The position numbers and the translations under genes were made by a program. Below the pieces are notes generated by a model. That model saw nothing but the letters and a program-made list of their open reading frames with translations, did not search any database and was not told the DNA's origin. Of a DNA stretch of 64,000 nucleotides, positions 18,769-30,845 are shown in pieces. This DNA is from Myxococcota bacterium. Its GTDB lineage: Bacteria; Myxococcota_A; UBA796; UBA2385. Each line of letters opens with the position of its first letter. The first letter of the stretch is position 1. The stretch is from positions 64,001 to 128,000 of the forward strand of contig JBIJDH010000012.1 of NCBI GenBank assembly GCA_044344255.1. The letters are read 5' to 3'.

Positions 18769-19953
18769 CTAACGCGCGGGTCGCCGCTCTCGGGCCACGG
18801 CCAGGAGAAGCAGCCCGACCGCGACCCCGCTGAGGCCGGCCCCGATGAGGAAGAGGCCGCTGGTGCCCAGCTCGTCGAGGTAGAGGGCGGTGAGGCCGGC
18901 CGAAGCGAGCGGCCCCACTCCATAGGCGCTCGTGGTGAGCAGGGCCTGGGCGCTGTTTCCGACCTCCGGCGGGGCCCGCCGGCGGAGCAGCTCCACCGCG
19001 CCGATCCAGAAGGCGCCGAAGCTGAGCCCGTGAAGGGCCTGGATGGCCACGAAGAGGGCAGGGTCCTCCACGACCGCGTTCAGCCCCCAGCGCAGCGCCC
19101 CCGCGGCCATCGCCGCCGTGATCAAGGTGAGCGGGCTCAGGCGGGTCAGCAATTGCCGCGCCCAGGCCATCACCGCCACCTCGACGAGGATGCCGATCGC
19201 GATCGAGACCCCCGACCAGGCCGAGGGGAGGCCGAGGCTCGAGAGGTGGACCGGGAGCAGGCAGTCGTAGGTCGCCAGCGCGGTGCCGTGCAGGGCACAG
19301 GCGAGCAAGAAGGGCATGAAGAAGGGCTGCGCGGCGAGGCGGCGAAGGGCGGGCCCGAGCGGCTGGGGGCCGCGGCTCTCGGCCCGCGGCAAGGTGAAGG
19401 CCAGCGCGGCGGCGCCCGCCCAGGCCCCCATGCCGATCAGCAGCGGCGCCGCGGCGAACCGATCGACGAGCAGCGAGCCCAGCAGCGCGAAGACGAGGAA
19501 GCCGAGCGAGCCCCAGAGGCGGATGCGGCCGTACTCGCGGGCGTCCGCCCCGCTCTGCTCGAGGAGCTTGACCGCAGCGGCGTCCATCACGGGCCCCACC
19601 GGAGCCCGCACGACGGCGAAGAGCAGCAGCACGAGGCCGAGCGCGAGGTCCCCCCTCACCCCCATCGCCGCGCCGCAGAGGAGCACCGTGAGCACGCTGC
19701 AGAGCTGCAGGATGCGCGTGCCCTCGCGGAAACGGTCGGCCACGCCGGCCCAGACCGGCGCCGAGATCATGCGGGCGAAGGGGATGAGGCCGAGCAGGGC
19801 CCCCATCGCCGCCCCGCTGTGGCCGTCGCGATCGAGCCACAAGCCCAAGAACGGGGTCCAACCGCCGTTTCCGCCGACCGCCAGGAAGTAGTAGGCGATC
19901 AGCAGCCTGCGGGAGCGGGCGCGAAGGGCCGCCTCGCCCGCCCGGACCTCCAT
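18769..19953 (-). CDS. MFS transporter (MFS_1_like / HcaT-type)
   Basis: About 12 TM helices; YGRIRLWGSLGF and QALHGLSFG motifs. Confidence 0.88.
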   Translation of the reverse strand: MEVRAGEAALRARSRRLLIAYYFLAVGGNGGWTPFLGLWLDRDGHSGAAMGALLGLIPFARMISAPVWAGVADRFREGTRILQLCSVLTVLLCGAAMGVRGDLALGLVLLLFAVVRAPVGPVMDAAAVKLLEQSGADAREYGRIRLWGSLGFLVFALLGSLLVDRFAAAPLLIGMGAWAGAAALAFTLPRAESRGPQPLGPALRRLAAQPFFMPFLLACALHGTALATYDCLLPVHLSSLGLPSAWSGVSIAIGILVEVAVMAWARQLLTRLSPLTLITAAMAAGALRWGLNAVVEDPALFVAIQALHGLSFGAFWIGAVELLRRRAPPEVGNSAQALLTTSAYGVGPLASAGLTALYLDELGTSGLFLIGAGLSGVAVGLLLLAVARERRPAR

Positions 19954-20806
19954 CAACCGCGCAGCCGCGCCTCGGCCGCGCGGACCGTGCTGTCCATCAA
20001 CATCGCGATGGTCATCGGGCCGACCCCGCCGGGGACGGGGGTGATCGCCCGCGCCCGCGCCGAGGCTCCGGCGTACTCGACGTCCCCGCAGAGCCGACCG
20101 TCGGCGCTGCGGTTCATGCCGACGTCGATGACCACGGCCCCATCCGCGATCCACTCGCCGCGCACGAGCTCGGCCTGCCCCACCGCGGCGACGACGAGCT
20201 CGGCTCGGCGTAGCTCATCGACGAGCCCGCGGCTGCGGCTGTGGCAGAGCGTGACGGTGGCGTGAGCCTGCTCGAGCAGCATCGCCATCGGCCGCCCGAC
20301 GATGTTGCTGCGCCCGAGGACCACGGCCCGCGCCCCGGCGAGGGGGAGGTCCGTGAGGCCGATGAGGTGCATCACGCCGGCAGGGGTGCAGGGCACGAAG
20401 CGCGGCCGCCCCTGCGAGAGCAGGCCCACGTTCTCGGGGTGGAAGCCGTCCACGTCCTTGCCCGGATCGATACGGTCGAGCACGGGCCGGGGATCGAGGT
20501 GCGCGGGTAGGGGCAGCTGCACGAGGATGCCGTCGATGAGCGGATCATCGTTGAGGCGGTCGATCAGCGCCAGGAGCTCTGCCTGCGTGGTCTCGTCGGG
20601 GAGGTGGATGCTCTCCTGGTGGAAGCCGAGCTTCTCCGCCCGCTCCGCCTTCCTCTTCACGTAGATGCCGCTGGCCTCGTCTTGGCCCACCCGCACCACG
20701 GCGTGGCGGGGGGGCGGGGGCACGGCCCGCCCCCGCGGGCGGCGGCGGACCCCCCCGCCCCCCGCCAGCCGCTGGCCGTTGAGCACGAGAGCCGCGGAGG
20801 GCGCGC

Positions 20807-20810
<4 letters not shown>
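19953..20810 (-). CDS. folD: Bifunctional methylenetetrahydrofolate dehydrogenase/cyclohydrolase
   Basis: [43 protein letters not shown]; residues about 16-37 look corrupted. Confidence 0.96.
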
Positions 20811-21214
<404 letters not shown>

Positions 21215-21355
21215 CGATGACCTCCAGGACGCGGCGCATGGATAAGCGCTTCGCTCGGAGCGGCAAGGCAGCGGCGGTGAGATCATCCCGCCTCGGCCTT
21301 CTCCTCCCCCTGCGGGCTTGCCCGATGCCCCCTCGCCTCGCTACGCTGCGCCGCC

Positions 21356-22162
21356 ATGCTGCTCGTCGCCATCCTTGTCCTGCTCGCTGTCGGTGCGCTC
21401 GGCGCGCTCATCGCCGTGCTGGCCGGCCTGTGTGTCAACATCACTGACCGCGGCGAGCCCTTCGAGCCGACGCTCCCGCTGCTCCACACCGCGCTGCGGG
21501 AGTGGGTCGCCCACCTCCTCATGGGCGGCTTCTTCTTCCCCGGCTTGATGAACCCGCCGCCGATCCGCGGAGAGGCCTCGCCCGGCCGGGTGCCCATCCT
21601 GCTGGTGCACGGCTACGCGGTCAACCGCGGCTGCTTCCTCTTGCTGGAGCGGCACCTCAAGCGGCAGGGCTGGGACTGGGTCTGGTCGATCAACAACCAG
21701 CCCACCTCGAGCCCCATCCCCACCTTCGCGCGCAACGTGGCGGCGGCGGTCGAGGAGCTCAAGCGGGTGAGCGGCGCCGAGCAGGTCGACATCATCGGCC
21801 ACTCCATGGGCGGCGTGATCGCGGCCTGGTACATCAACCGCCTCGACGGGCACCGCTCGGTGCGGCGGCTCATCACCCTCGGCACCCCCTGGCGGGGCAC
21901 GAAGATGTCGGTCTGGGGCCGCCGCCGTGAGGCCCGAGACCTCGACCCCCGCTCCGAGGTCATCGCGGACATCGCGGTCCCTCAAGTGCCCGTCACGGCC
22001 TTGTGGAGCGTCACCGACCACCTCGTCTGCCCGATCACGAACGGGCTCGTGCCGGGCATCACCTCGGTCGAGCTCGACCATATGGGCCACCTCGACATGC
22101 TCTTCCACCCCCGGGTCTACCCCCTGGTCGAGCGCGCGCTGCTCGAGCCGGTGCCGACATGA
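21356..22162 (+). CDS. Membrane-anchored alpha/beta hydrolase (lipase/esterase)
   Basis: PILLVHG, GHSMGG nucleophile, LITLGTP, D and GH catalytic positions. Confidence 0.9.
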   Translation: MLLVAILVLLAVGALGALIAVLAGLCVNITDRGEPFEPTLPLLHTALREWVAHLLMGGFFFPGLMNPPPIRGEASPGRVPILLVHGYAVNRGCFLLLERHLKRQGWDWVWSINNQPTSSPIPTFARNVAAAVEELKRVSGAEQVDIIGHSMGGVIAAWYINRLDGHRSVRRLITLGTPWRGTKMSVWGRRREARDLDPRSEVIADIAVPQVPVTALWSVTDHLVCPITNGLVPGITSVELDHMGHLDMLFHPRVYPLVERALLEPVPT

Positions 22163-23085
22163 GCCTCTTCGATCGCAGGATCCTGCTCGTCACGGGCAAG
22201 GGCGGCGTGGGCAAGTCCACCGTCTCGGCGGCCCTCGGCCTCGAAGCGGCGGCGCAGGGCAAGCGCACCCTCATCGTCGAGGTCTCGGGCTGCAAGCGGA
22301 TGGAGGAGATCTTCAACATCCGCGACGAGAGCTACGAGCCGCGCGTGGTGGGCCCCCGGCTGAGCGTGCTCTCGATCACCCCCGAGGAGGCGATCCAGGA
22401 CTACGTCGTCCAGGTGATCCGCTTCAAGAAGCTCTACAAGCTCGCCTTCCAGAACCGCGTGATGGGCCCCTTCATCGAGGCCGTCCCCGGCCTGCACGAC
22501 GCCATCCAGCTCGGCAAGGTCTTCGATCTGGAGCGAGAGTCGGGCACCTTTGGGGGCAAGACCTGGGACCTCATCATCGTCGACGCCCCGGCGACTGGCC
22601 ACGGCCTGACGATGCTCGCCGCGCCCCGATCGATGATGGAGCTCACCCGCGCCGGCCCGCTCTACGACGGCGTAAAGCGCGTCCACGACGTCATCGACGA
22701 CCCCTCCGTGACCGGCATCGTGCTCGTGAGCATCCCCGAAGACATGCCCATCAACGAGACCCTCGAGCTCTACCACCGCCTCGGCGCCACCCGCGCCCAG
22801 GTGCGGCTGGTGGTCCTCAATGAGCTCTTCCCCTCCCCCGCCGCCGCGCCCGCCGACTGGGAGGCCTGGCGCCAGGGGCGCGCCGCCGCCCCCCACAGCC
22901 CGGAGGGGGAGGCCCAAGACCTCGGTGACCGCTGGTACAGCCGGATCCAGCGCCAAGACCGCTGCCGGGCCCGACTCCGCCAGCTCCCCGTGCCCCAGGC
23001 CGACCTCCCCTTCCGCTTCCACCGCGGCCTCTCCACCGCCGAGCTCGGCGAGATGGGCCGCGCCCTCTCTCTGGCGGTGCCATGA
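22159..23085 (+). CDS. ArsA/Get3-like ATPase, subunit 1
   Basis: Deviant Walker A GKGGVGKS; IVDAPATGH; ATGA coupling. Confidence 0.9.
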   Translation: MSLFDRRILLVTGKGGVGKSTVSAALGLEAAAQGKRTLIVEVSGCKRMEEIFNIRDESYEPRVVGPRLSVLSITPEEAIQDYVVQVIRFKKLYKLAFQNRVMGPFIEAVPGLHDAIQLGKVFDLERESGTFGGKTWDLIIVDAPATGHGLTMLAAPRSMMELTRAGPLYDGVKRVHDVIDDPSVTGIVLVSIPEDMPINETLELYHRLGATRAQVRLVVLNELFPSPAAAPADWEAWRQGRAAAPHSPEGEAQDLGDRWYSRIQRQDRCRARLRQLPVPQADLPFRFHRGLSTAELGEMGRALSLAVP

Positions 23086-24125
23086 GCACCCGAGTCCTCA
23101 TCTGCTGCGGCTCGGGGGGCGTGGGCAAGACCACCGTGAGCGCCTCGCTGGCCCTCAAGCACGCCAACGCCGGCGAGCGGGTCTGCGTGCTCACCATCGA
23201 CCCTGCGCGCCGCCTCGCCGACAGCCTCGGCGTCGGCGAGCTCGGGAACACCCCCTTCCGGGTCCCGATCCCAGGGGCGACGGGCAGCCTCGACGCGATG
23301 ATGCTCGACGCCAAGGCCGTCTTCGATGACCTCGTCCGCCGCTTCGCCCCCAGCCCCGCCGCCGCAGAGCGCATCCTCGGCAACCGCTACTACCGCTTCG
23401 CCAGCAGCCGCCTCGGCGGCAGCCATGAGTACATGGCGATGGAGAAGCTGCTCGAGCTCTGGCAGTCGGGCCACTACGACACCATCGTGCTCGACACGCC
23501 CCCCACCCGCCACGCCCTCGACTTCCTGCGCGCCCCCGACCGCATGAGCGGCCTGATGGACCAGGGCGTGCTCCGCTGGCTCGTCATGCCCGCCTCCCAA
23601 GGCGGCTGGCGGGCGATCGAGCTCGGCTCCGAGGCCCTCGCTGGCGTGCTCAAGCGCCTGATGGGCCAGGAGACGGTCGAGGAGATCGCCGAGTTCTTCG
23701 ACTCCTTCCGCGACCTCTGGGACGGCTTCCGCGACCGCAGCAAGCTCGTCTCCGGGCTGCTCTGCAGCGAGGGCACGCGCTTCTTCCTCGTCACCTCGCC
23801 GGCCCCCGCCGCCCGCTCCGAGGCGCTCTACTTCCTCGCGGTGCTCCAAGAGCGCCACCTCCCCTTCGGCGGCTTCGTGGTCAACCGCGTGCTGCAGGGG
23901 CCGACGCAGCCCGCACCGGACGTGGCCGGCCTGCCCGAGCCCATCGCCCGCGTGATGCTCGAGGCCCCGCAGCTCCGCCGCAGGCTCGCCCAGGGGCACG
24001 CCGAGGCCATCCGCTCGCTCCGCCAGGCCGGGCCCGATCACGCGCCCTGCTGGGTCATCCCCGATCAAGACCAGGACATCCACGACCTGCCGGCCCTGAT
24101 GAGCCTCGCCCCCTACCTGCCCTGA
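23082..24125 (+). CDS. ArsA/Get3-like ATPase, subunit 2
   Basis: GSGGVGKTT, TIDPARRLA, LDTPPTRHALDFL; ATGA coupling. Confidence 0.92.
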   Translation: MSTRVLICCGSGGVGKTTVSASLALKHANAGERVCVLTIDPARRLADSLGVGELGNTPFRVPIPGATGSLDAMMLDAKAVFDDLVRRFAPSPAAAERILGNRYYRFASSRLGGSHEYMAMEKLLELWQSGHYDTIVLDTPPTRHALDFLRAPDRMSGLMDQGVLRWLVMPASQGGWRAIELGSEALAGVLKRLMGQETVEEIAEFFDSFRDLWDGFRDRSKLVSGLLCSEGTRFFLVTSPAPAARSEALYFLAVLQERHLPFGGFVVNRVLQGPTQPAPDVAGLPEPIARVMLEAPQLRRRLAQGHAEAIRSLRQAGPDHAPCWVIPDQDQDIHDLPALMSLAPYLP

Positions 24126-24137
24126 GGGGCCGGGGCC

Positions 24138-25190
24138 TCACTCGCCGGGGGCGCCGATGTCGTACTCGATGACGATCTGCGCGCCGCGGGCCGGTACGCC
24201 CGTGCCGTGGAAGTAGACGATGTAATACTCGGCGTCGTAGCTCCAACCGTTCACGGGATCGGGCTCCACCGGAGCATCATCGACCCAGACGAGGATGCTC
24301 TCTTCGACGGCGGGGTACTCGAGCTGGAAGCTCGTCAGCACGCCCGATACCTGGAGCCCGAGCTCGGTCATCACGGCGCTGAAGTCGGCGTCGCAGATGC
24401 TGCCCTGCACCCCGCCGAAGGCCTCGGCCATCCCCGCGTAGCGGAATCCGGGCACCGCCCCCTCACAGGACTCGTCGATCTCCGGCCCGACGATGGAGCT
24501 CACGAGGACGCGGGAGCCGTCGTCCTTGATCGACTTGTAGTCGGCGATCAGCTCCTTGATGCTGGTGAGCTCGGCGGCGTGCTCGTAGCAGGCCGTGCCC
24601 TCGTCATAAGCGGCCAGCGCCCCGCGGTCTGTACAGTCATTCTCATCGGATAGGTAGACGATGGACAGCGTCGCCTCGGGCCGGATGAAGCCGCCGTTGT
24701 AGCCGGAGACGAGGGGCTCGGAGAGGGCCTGGAAGGCGGCGTCGATGCCCTTCTCCTTGTCGGACCCGCCGATGCCCACCTGGATGCGGTCGGCGAAACG
24801 AGCGACATAGTCGGGGGTGGCGGCGGAGAGGTAGAGCGGCTCGCCCTCCGGGGCCTGGAGCTTGCCCTTCTGGGCGGTGTCCTCCATGTCGGTGGTGATG
24901 ACCCCGATCTGGAAGTCAACCGCGCTCAGCTCGAGGGCGCTCACGAAGTCTTCGAAGCGCGCGGCGATGCCCGCCTGCTCGTCGGCCATCGATTGACTGT
25001 TATCGGTGACCCACAGGATATCGACCTGATCGGTGGGGACCTGGTAGAAGACGTCCCGCCCCTCTTGCCGCACCACCTTTTGATCGCTGGCGCAGGCGCA
25101 GAGCAAGGCGGCGAGGCAAAGGGGCCCTGCGCCCGCCGACGGCAGAGGACGGGCGCCGGATCGGGTCGGGGCAGCGCGGCGCATGGACAC
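24138..25190 (-). CDS. vWA-domain lipoprotein (myxobacterial type)
   Basis: Lipobox LCAC; MIDAS VDILWVTDNSQSM; IGVITTD; LSDENDC. Confidence 0.75.
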   Translation of the reverse strand: MSMRRAAPTRSGARPLPSAGAGPLCLAALLCACASDQKVVRQEGRDVFYQVPTDQVDILWVTDNSQSMADEQAGIAARFEDFVSALELSAVDFQIGVITTDMEDTAQKGKLQAPEGEPLYLSAATPDYVARFADRIQVGIGGSDKEKGIDAAFQALSEPLVSGYNGGFIRPEATLSIVYLSDENDCTDRGALAAYDEGTACYEHAAELTSIKELIADYKSIKDDGSRVLVSSIVGPEIDESCEGAVPGFRYAGMAEAFGGVQGSICDADFSAVMTELGLQVSGVLTSFQLEYPAVEESILVWVDDAPVEPDPVNGWSYDAEYYIVYFHGTGVPARGAQIVIEYDIGAPGE

Positions 25191-25219
25191 CTCAGGGACA
25201 GCGTAGCCCGCTCGTGGGC

Positions 25220-26176
25220 TCAGGGGAGAAGGACCGCCTCAGAGATGCAGAGGTCGTCGAACTCCTTGCCCTTCTGGACCGTGTCGATGGTGATGCGCAC
25301 CTTGCCGGTCTTGTGAGCGCCGAAGTCGATGATCTGCTCGGTCGGAGAGGGCTTGATCGTGATGGGGGCCTTCGAGCCGTCCGAGAAGGTGAGCGTCGCC
25401 GCCTTGGCGGCGTTCGACTTCATGAAGACGGAGAAGCTCGTCGCGTTTCCGTTTCGCAGCTTGAGCTTGGAGACGGTCGGGCTGCCCGAGAGGGCGAGCT
25501 CGACCCACTCGGCGGTGCCGTCGCTCTTCTTGTTGCCCTCACACCACATGGAGTCGAGCATGCCATCGCCCATGTTGGCGGGCTCGTAGTTGGCGTCGGC
25601 GTCGGAGGGGAAGACCGTGCTCGCCGTGTAGCCGGAGACCGGGATCGCCGACGACGGTGCGTCATCGAGCAGCTGGAGCTCGGAGATCACGGTGTCATTG
25701 AAGGTGCTGCCATTGTACACGCTCCGCACCTTCACCTTGACCGAGCTCGTGCTGACGGGCTTCGTGAGGTGGATGAGCTCCGGCTTGTACTCGTCTTTGA
25801 GGGTGTACTTCTGCACGCTGCCATCGGAGAATTCGACCTCGACCTCCTTGGCGCGGTTGTGACGCACCCAGAAGTCGTTGGTGTACCAGTTGCCGTTCCA
25901 GATGCGGAGCGAGGTGACCAGCTTGGGCCCCTCGAGGTCAGCCTGGACCCAGGAGCCGAGCCCGGAGCCCGCCTCACCCTCACACCAGACGCCGCCGCCC
26001 TTGAGGTCACCGAGGTTCTTCGGCTCGTACGTGACGCCGTTGGTCTCGGCGAGGGAGGTAGAGGCCGAGAAGCCGGTGACCTTCAGCACATCCGCCGAGG
26101 CCGCCGAGCTGCCGAGAGGAGACAGCGAGGCGCCGCCCACGAGCGCGAAGACCAGACTGGAGACGACCAGGAGCAT
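25220..26176 (-). CDS. Secreted protein with two discoidin / glycan-binding beta-sandwich domains
   Basis: Signal peptide; duplicated motif ASTxx..YEPxNxGD..WCEG..W..I/LxNG..ISE. Confidence 0.8.
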   Translation of the reverse strand: MLLVVSSLVFALVGGASLSPLGSSAASADVLKVTGFSASTSLAETNGVTYEPKNLGDLKGGGVWCEGEAGSGLGSWVQADLEGPKLVTSLRIWNGNWYTNDFWVRHNRAKEVEVEFSDGSVQKYTLKDEYKPELIHLTKPVSTSSVKVKVRSVYNGSTFNDTVISELQLLDDAPSSAIPVSGYTASTVFPSDADANYEPANMGDGMLDSMWCEGNKKSDGTAEWVELALSGSPTVSKLKLRNGNATSFSVFMKSNAAKAATLTFSDGSKAPITIKPSPTEQIIDFGAHKTGKVRITIDTVQKGKEFDDLCISEAVLLP

Positions 26177-26343
26177 CCATCCTCCAACCGCCCGGCGCCC
26201 TCGAGCGCGGCGGCCAAGCGTGAGTAGAACAAGGTGGGCAGCCTACAGGATCGTCTGCAAAGCCGCTGTGAGGGCGTGAATCGAGACACCGGAGCCAGCC
26301 GCGCCATCCCAGTCCATGGCGACCCCCGGGCAACCGACCGGGC

Positions 26344-28029
26344 TCAAAAGGTGGTGCGCCAGGCGAAGCGGCCGCCCTCGAAGCCCGGCAGCGAGCGACA
26401 CTGCCCGCCCGAGCAGCGGATACCCGCCTTGTACGCGCCATAGAACAGGCTGACCGCGGTGGCACCGCTGGGCTTCCACTGGAGCTCGCCCGCCCCGTAG
26501 ATCTTCTCCGAGATGTTGCCGGAGCTCGTGATCAGGGGGTTGTCCGAGTAGTCCTGATAGATAAGGAAGGCGAGGGTCTCGCCGTGGTGCCAGGCGAGGG
26601 CGTTCTCGAGCTCCGTGAAGTCCTCCTGCTGGGCGACGTTGTTGCCCCAATTGAACTTGCGGACCCCGACGTCGAGCTCGAGGGCGTTGTGCTCGCCCAG
26701 CGACACGTGGAAGGCGCTGTCGACGTGGGCCAGCTGATCATAGCCCTCGGCCTGGTCGTCGCGGATGTCACGCCGCAGCCCGCCGTTGACCTGGACGGTG
26801 TTCGGCCCGCCAAGCCACTGGAGGCCGGCGAGCGCGTGACCGATGGTCTCGGCGCTCTGGTTGAAGTGGAGCCCCCCCACGTCTTCGTCGCGGAAGGCGG
26901 CGACGGAGACGTAGGGCACCACCGCCACGCCCTCGATGTTGTAGTCGGCGCGCAGGCGAGCGCCGCTGATGTCGCTCGAGTTGAGCGCCGCCGAGCCGTC
27001 CTCGGTGATGGTCCGCTCATACTCGAGAGACGGCACCGTCGCGACCTCCCAGCCGTCGGCCGAGACGAAGGCGTTGATGCGCTCGCTGTTCACGGAGCGC
27101 CGGGCCTCGAGGAGGAGCGTGGTGCGGCCGGGGTAGGCCGCCGCCGAGGCGTAGGTGGAGTAGCCGTCGGGCTCCCCGTCGCCGATGAGGTCGTCGGAGC
27201 GGTAGCCGAAGTAGTCCCCCTCCGCGAAGAGGTCGATGCCCGCGAGGCCGGGCACCTCCACCGTGGCCCCGCTCACCACGGCGTCGAGGGGCTCGGTGTA
27301 CCGGACGCCGCCGGGCTGACCGAGGCTGTCCTGGCGCCCGAAGCGGTACATCACGCCGTGCAGCCCCATGTGGACGCGCCCGAGGCCGTAGGCGTCTGCG
27401 CGAAGGCCGGTGACCATGCTCTTGACGTCGCGATCGATGCCCAGGTTTTGGTTATTGATGCTGATCCACTGAGTATTGGACAGGCCGCTCACGAGGTTGA
27501 GCTCGAGGTCACCCGCGCGCAGCAGGGCCTTGCCGCCGCGGATCGAGGTGTCGACGTCGATGTCGGTGTTCTTGACGATGTTGAGCGCCATGCCGCGGCC
27601 GAAGCTGGCGTAGGTGTCCCCGAGGGTCACCTCAGCGTTCTTCCATCGTTTCTGGACGTACAGCTTCTCCATCCGCACCAGGGCGTCGGGGAAGGGAGAG
27701 ACGATGCCGGGCTCATAGAGGGGCCAGGAGTGGAGAAGCTCACCGTCCAGGTAGTAACGGTTGCTGAACAGCGCCACCTCGTCCAGCTGGGCGCCGATGC
27801 TGAGCCCGTCCTTATTGAGCAAGAGGTTGAGCCGCTCCACCTGCTCGAAGTAGTCGTGCAGGTTGGGGTAGCTGTCCTCGAAGCCGGGCTCTTCCCGCGT
27901 GCTCTGGTGGTAACGCAGCTGGAAGTCGCTGGTGACCTGAACAGACGAGCTGGCCAGCGGCCCCGTACCCCAGAGCTCGAAGGCGGCGGCGGTCGGGCTC
28001 AGGAGCAGGAGCGAGAGGAGCACCGACAC
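26344..28029 (-). CDS. Probable outer-membrane beta-barrel protein with C-terminal CxxxxC (DUF6029-like)
   Basis: Signal peptide; GDTYASFGRGMALN; terminal GIRCSGGQCRSLPGFEG...F. Confidence 0.65.
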   Translation of the reverse strand: MSVLLSLLLLSPTAAAFELWGTGPLASSSVQVTSDFQLRYHQSTREEPGFEDSYPNLHDYFEQVERLNLLLNKDGLSIGAQLDEVALFSNRYYLDGELLHSWPLYEPGIVSPFPDALVRMEKLYVQKRWKNAEVTLGDTYASFGRGMALNIVKNTDIDVDTSIRGGKALLRAGDLELNLVSGLSNTQWISINNQNLGIDRDVKSMVTGLRADAYGLGRVHMGLHGVMYRFGRQDSLGQPGGVRYTEPLDAVVSGATVEVPGLAGIDLFAEGDYFGYRSDDLIGDGEPDGYSTYASAAAYPGRTTLLLEARRSVNSERINAFVSADGWEVATVPSLEYERTITEDGSAALNSSDISGARLRADYNIEGVAVVPYVSVAAFRDEDVGGLHFNQSAETIGHALAGLQWLGGPNTVQVNGGLRRDIRDDQAEGYDQLAHVDSAFHVSLGEHNALELDVGVRKFNWGNNVAQQEDFTELENALAWHHGETLAFLIYQDYSDNPLITSSGNISEKIYGAGELQWKPSGATAVSLFYGAYKAGIRCSGGQCRSLPGFEGGRFAWRTTF

Positions 28030-28031
28030 GG

Positions 28032-28595
28032 TCAGTTCCCGCCGAGGAGGGCCAGGATCTCCGTGCGGAGCCCGGTCTCGTCACCCGGATTGTAGCCCAT
28101 GTGGACGCTCTGGATGCGGCCCTCGCGATCGATCAGCACCGAGTAAGGGATCTGCTTGCCCGGGTTGTATTGCGCGACCACAGCGGTCTGGGTGTCAAGC
28201 AGGACCGGGAAGGTGTACCGGTTCTTCATGATCAGCGGCTTGACCATGCTGCTCGCGCGGGCGTCATCGATGCTGATGGAGAGGACGGTGAAGCCCTTGT
28301 CCTTCAGCTCGGTGTAGAACTTCTGCAGGCTCGGCATCTCTGCCTGGCAGGGCCCACACCAGGTCGCCCAGAACTGGAGCAGCACCACCTGCCCCTTGAA
28401 GTCAGACAGGCTCACGTTCTTCGCGTTGATGTCGCGCAGCGTGAAGCCGGGCGCGGCCTCCCCCACCGCTTCGGCGGGAGACGGGGCGAGCCCGGCGAAG
28501 AGCAGCGCGAAGGAGAGCAGCCCCACCCGAAGGCCGCGGAGCCAGAGGGGACCAGCGGGGGGCGACACCGGGGGCGACACCGGGGACGAGGACAT
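28032..28595 (-). CDS. TlpA family thiol-disulfide oxidoreductase
   Basis: APGFTL, FWATWCGPCQAEMP, IPYSVLIDREG; true start near 28595. Confidence 0.92.
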   Translation of the reverse strand: MSSSPVSPPVSPPAGPLWLRGLRVGLLSFALLFAGLAPSPAEAVGEAAPGFTLRDINAKNVSLSDFKGQVVLLQFWATWCGPCQAEMPSLQKFYTELKDKGFTVLSISIDDARASSMVKPLIMKNRYTFPVLLDTQTAVVAQYNPGKQIPYSVLIDREGRIQSVHMGYNPGDETGLRTEILALLGGN

Positions 28596-28682
28596 GAGGG
28601 CTCCAAGCCAGAGGGCGGAGACGAAGGATAGCGCCTCGACGGGCCTGCGGCACCCGACAAGGCGCGGTGATAGGACGGACCG

Positions 28683-30059
<1,377 letters not shown>

Positions 30060-30086
30060 CCCTCCGCCTCCGCCTGAACCCCCGCC

Positions 30087-30845
30087 TCAGAAGGCGACGC
30101 CCGCCCAGGCGGTGAGCCCCGTGCCCTGGCCGATCCGCAGCTCGGCGCTCACCACCGCGCGCACACCGGGGCCCCAGGCGGCGCCCAGGGACTCCGAGAT
30201 GAGGCTGCCGCCCGTCACGAAGGAGACCGGCCGCTGCGGCAGCAGCCAGACGTCGAGCGGGGCGGTCCCGCCGCTCTCCCCGAGGGGCTGGACGTTGTGG
30301 TACCACCAGAAGGCGCCCTGCCCGCCCACCCAGCCGACGAGGCCGTCACCGGGATCTCCATAGGCCCCGACCAGCGAGACGGTGCCCTGCTTGAGGCTGT
30401 CGCGCTCGAGGCCGCCCTGCTCGGCGGGATCGCCCACGCCCTTGCTCCAGCCCACCTTGCCGAGGCCCGCCAGCCACCAACGGCTGCGCCCCACGGGCAG
30501 GGCGGCGCGGAGGCCGAGCCCGTAGGCGGAGCCCTCACCGGCATAGTCGGCCTCGGCGACCGCCCCCGTCTGGTGGCCGGCCTCCGCGACCACGCCCAGG
30601 CCGCGCAGCAAGCTGAGGTCGAGCTCTCCGCCGAGGTTGCCGGCCTTCCAGGTGGTCTCGCAGGACTCCGGGCGGACGCACTGCATGTCGTAGGAGCGCA
30701 CGTTCTCGACGTCGCCCCGCGCGGTCAGCACGACGCGGCCGATGGAGGGATCCGGCACGGGGAGGCCGACGGGGGCCGCCGCCGCGGGGAGGAGGAGGGG
30801 GCCCGAGAGCAGCCAGAGGGCCGTGACCGCGGCGAGCGCGCTCAT
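30087..30845 (-). CDS. Hypothetical secreted / outer-membrane beta-strand protein
   Basis: Signal peptide, Gly/aromatic beta-strands, C-terminal Phe; ATGA coupling. Confidence 0.6.
   Translation of the reverse strand: MSALAAVTALWLLSGPLLLPAAAAPVGLPVPDPSIGRVVLTARGDVENVRSYDMQCVRPESCETTWKAGNLGGELDLSLLRGLGVVAEAGHQTGAVAEADYAGEGSAYGLGLRAALPVGRSRWWLAGLGKVGWSKGVGDPAEQGGLERDSLKQGTVSLVGAYGDPGDGLVGWVGGQGAFWWYHNVQPLGESGGTAPLDVWLLPQRPVSFVTGGSLISESLGAAWGPGVRAVVSAELRIGQGTGLTAWAGVAF

Noticed and set aside
20700..20770. Aberrant FolD N-terminus ([20 protein letters not shown]) in a nearly pure G/C tract
   Set aside because: It replaces a normally conserved helix and looks like low-quality base calls in GC-rich sequence; treated as a probable artefact until reads are checked
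22159..24125. Arsenic-resistance operon
   Set aside because: No arsB, acr3, arsC, arsD or arsR; the proteins are single-domain and resemble the Get3-like pair
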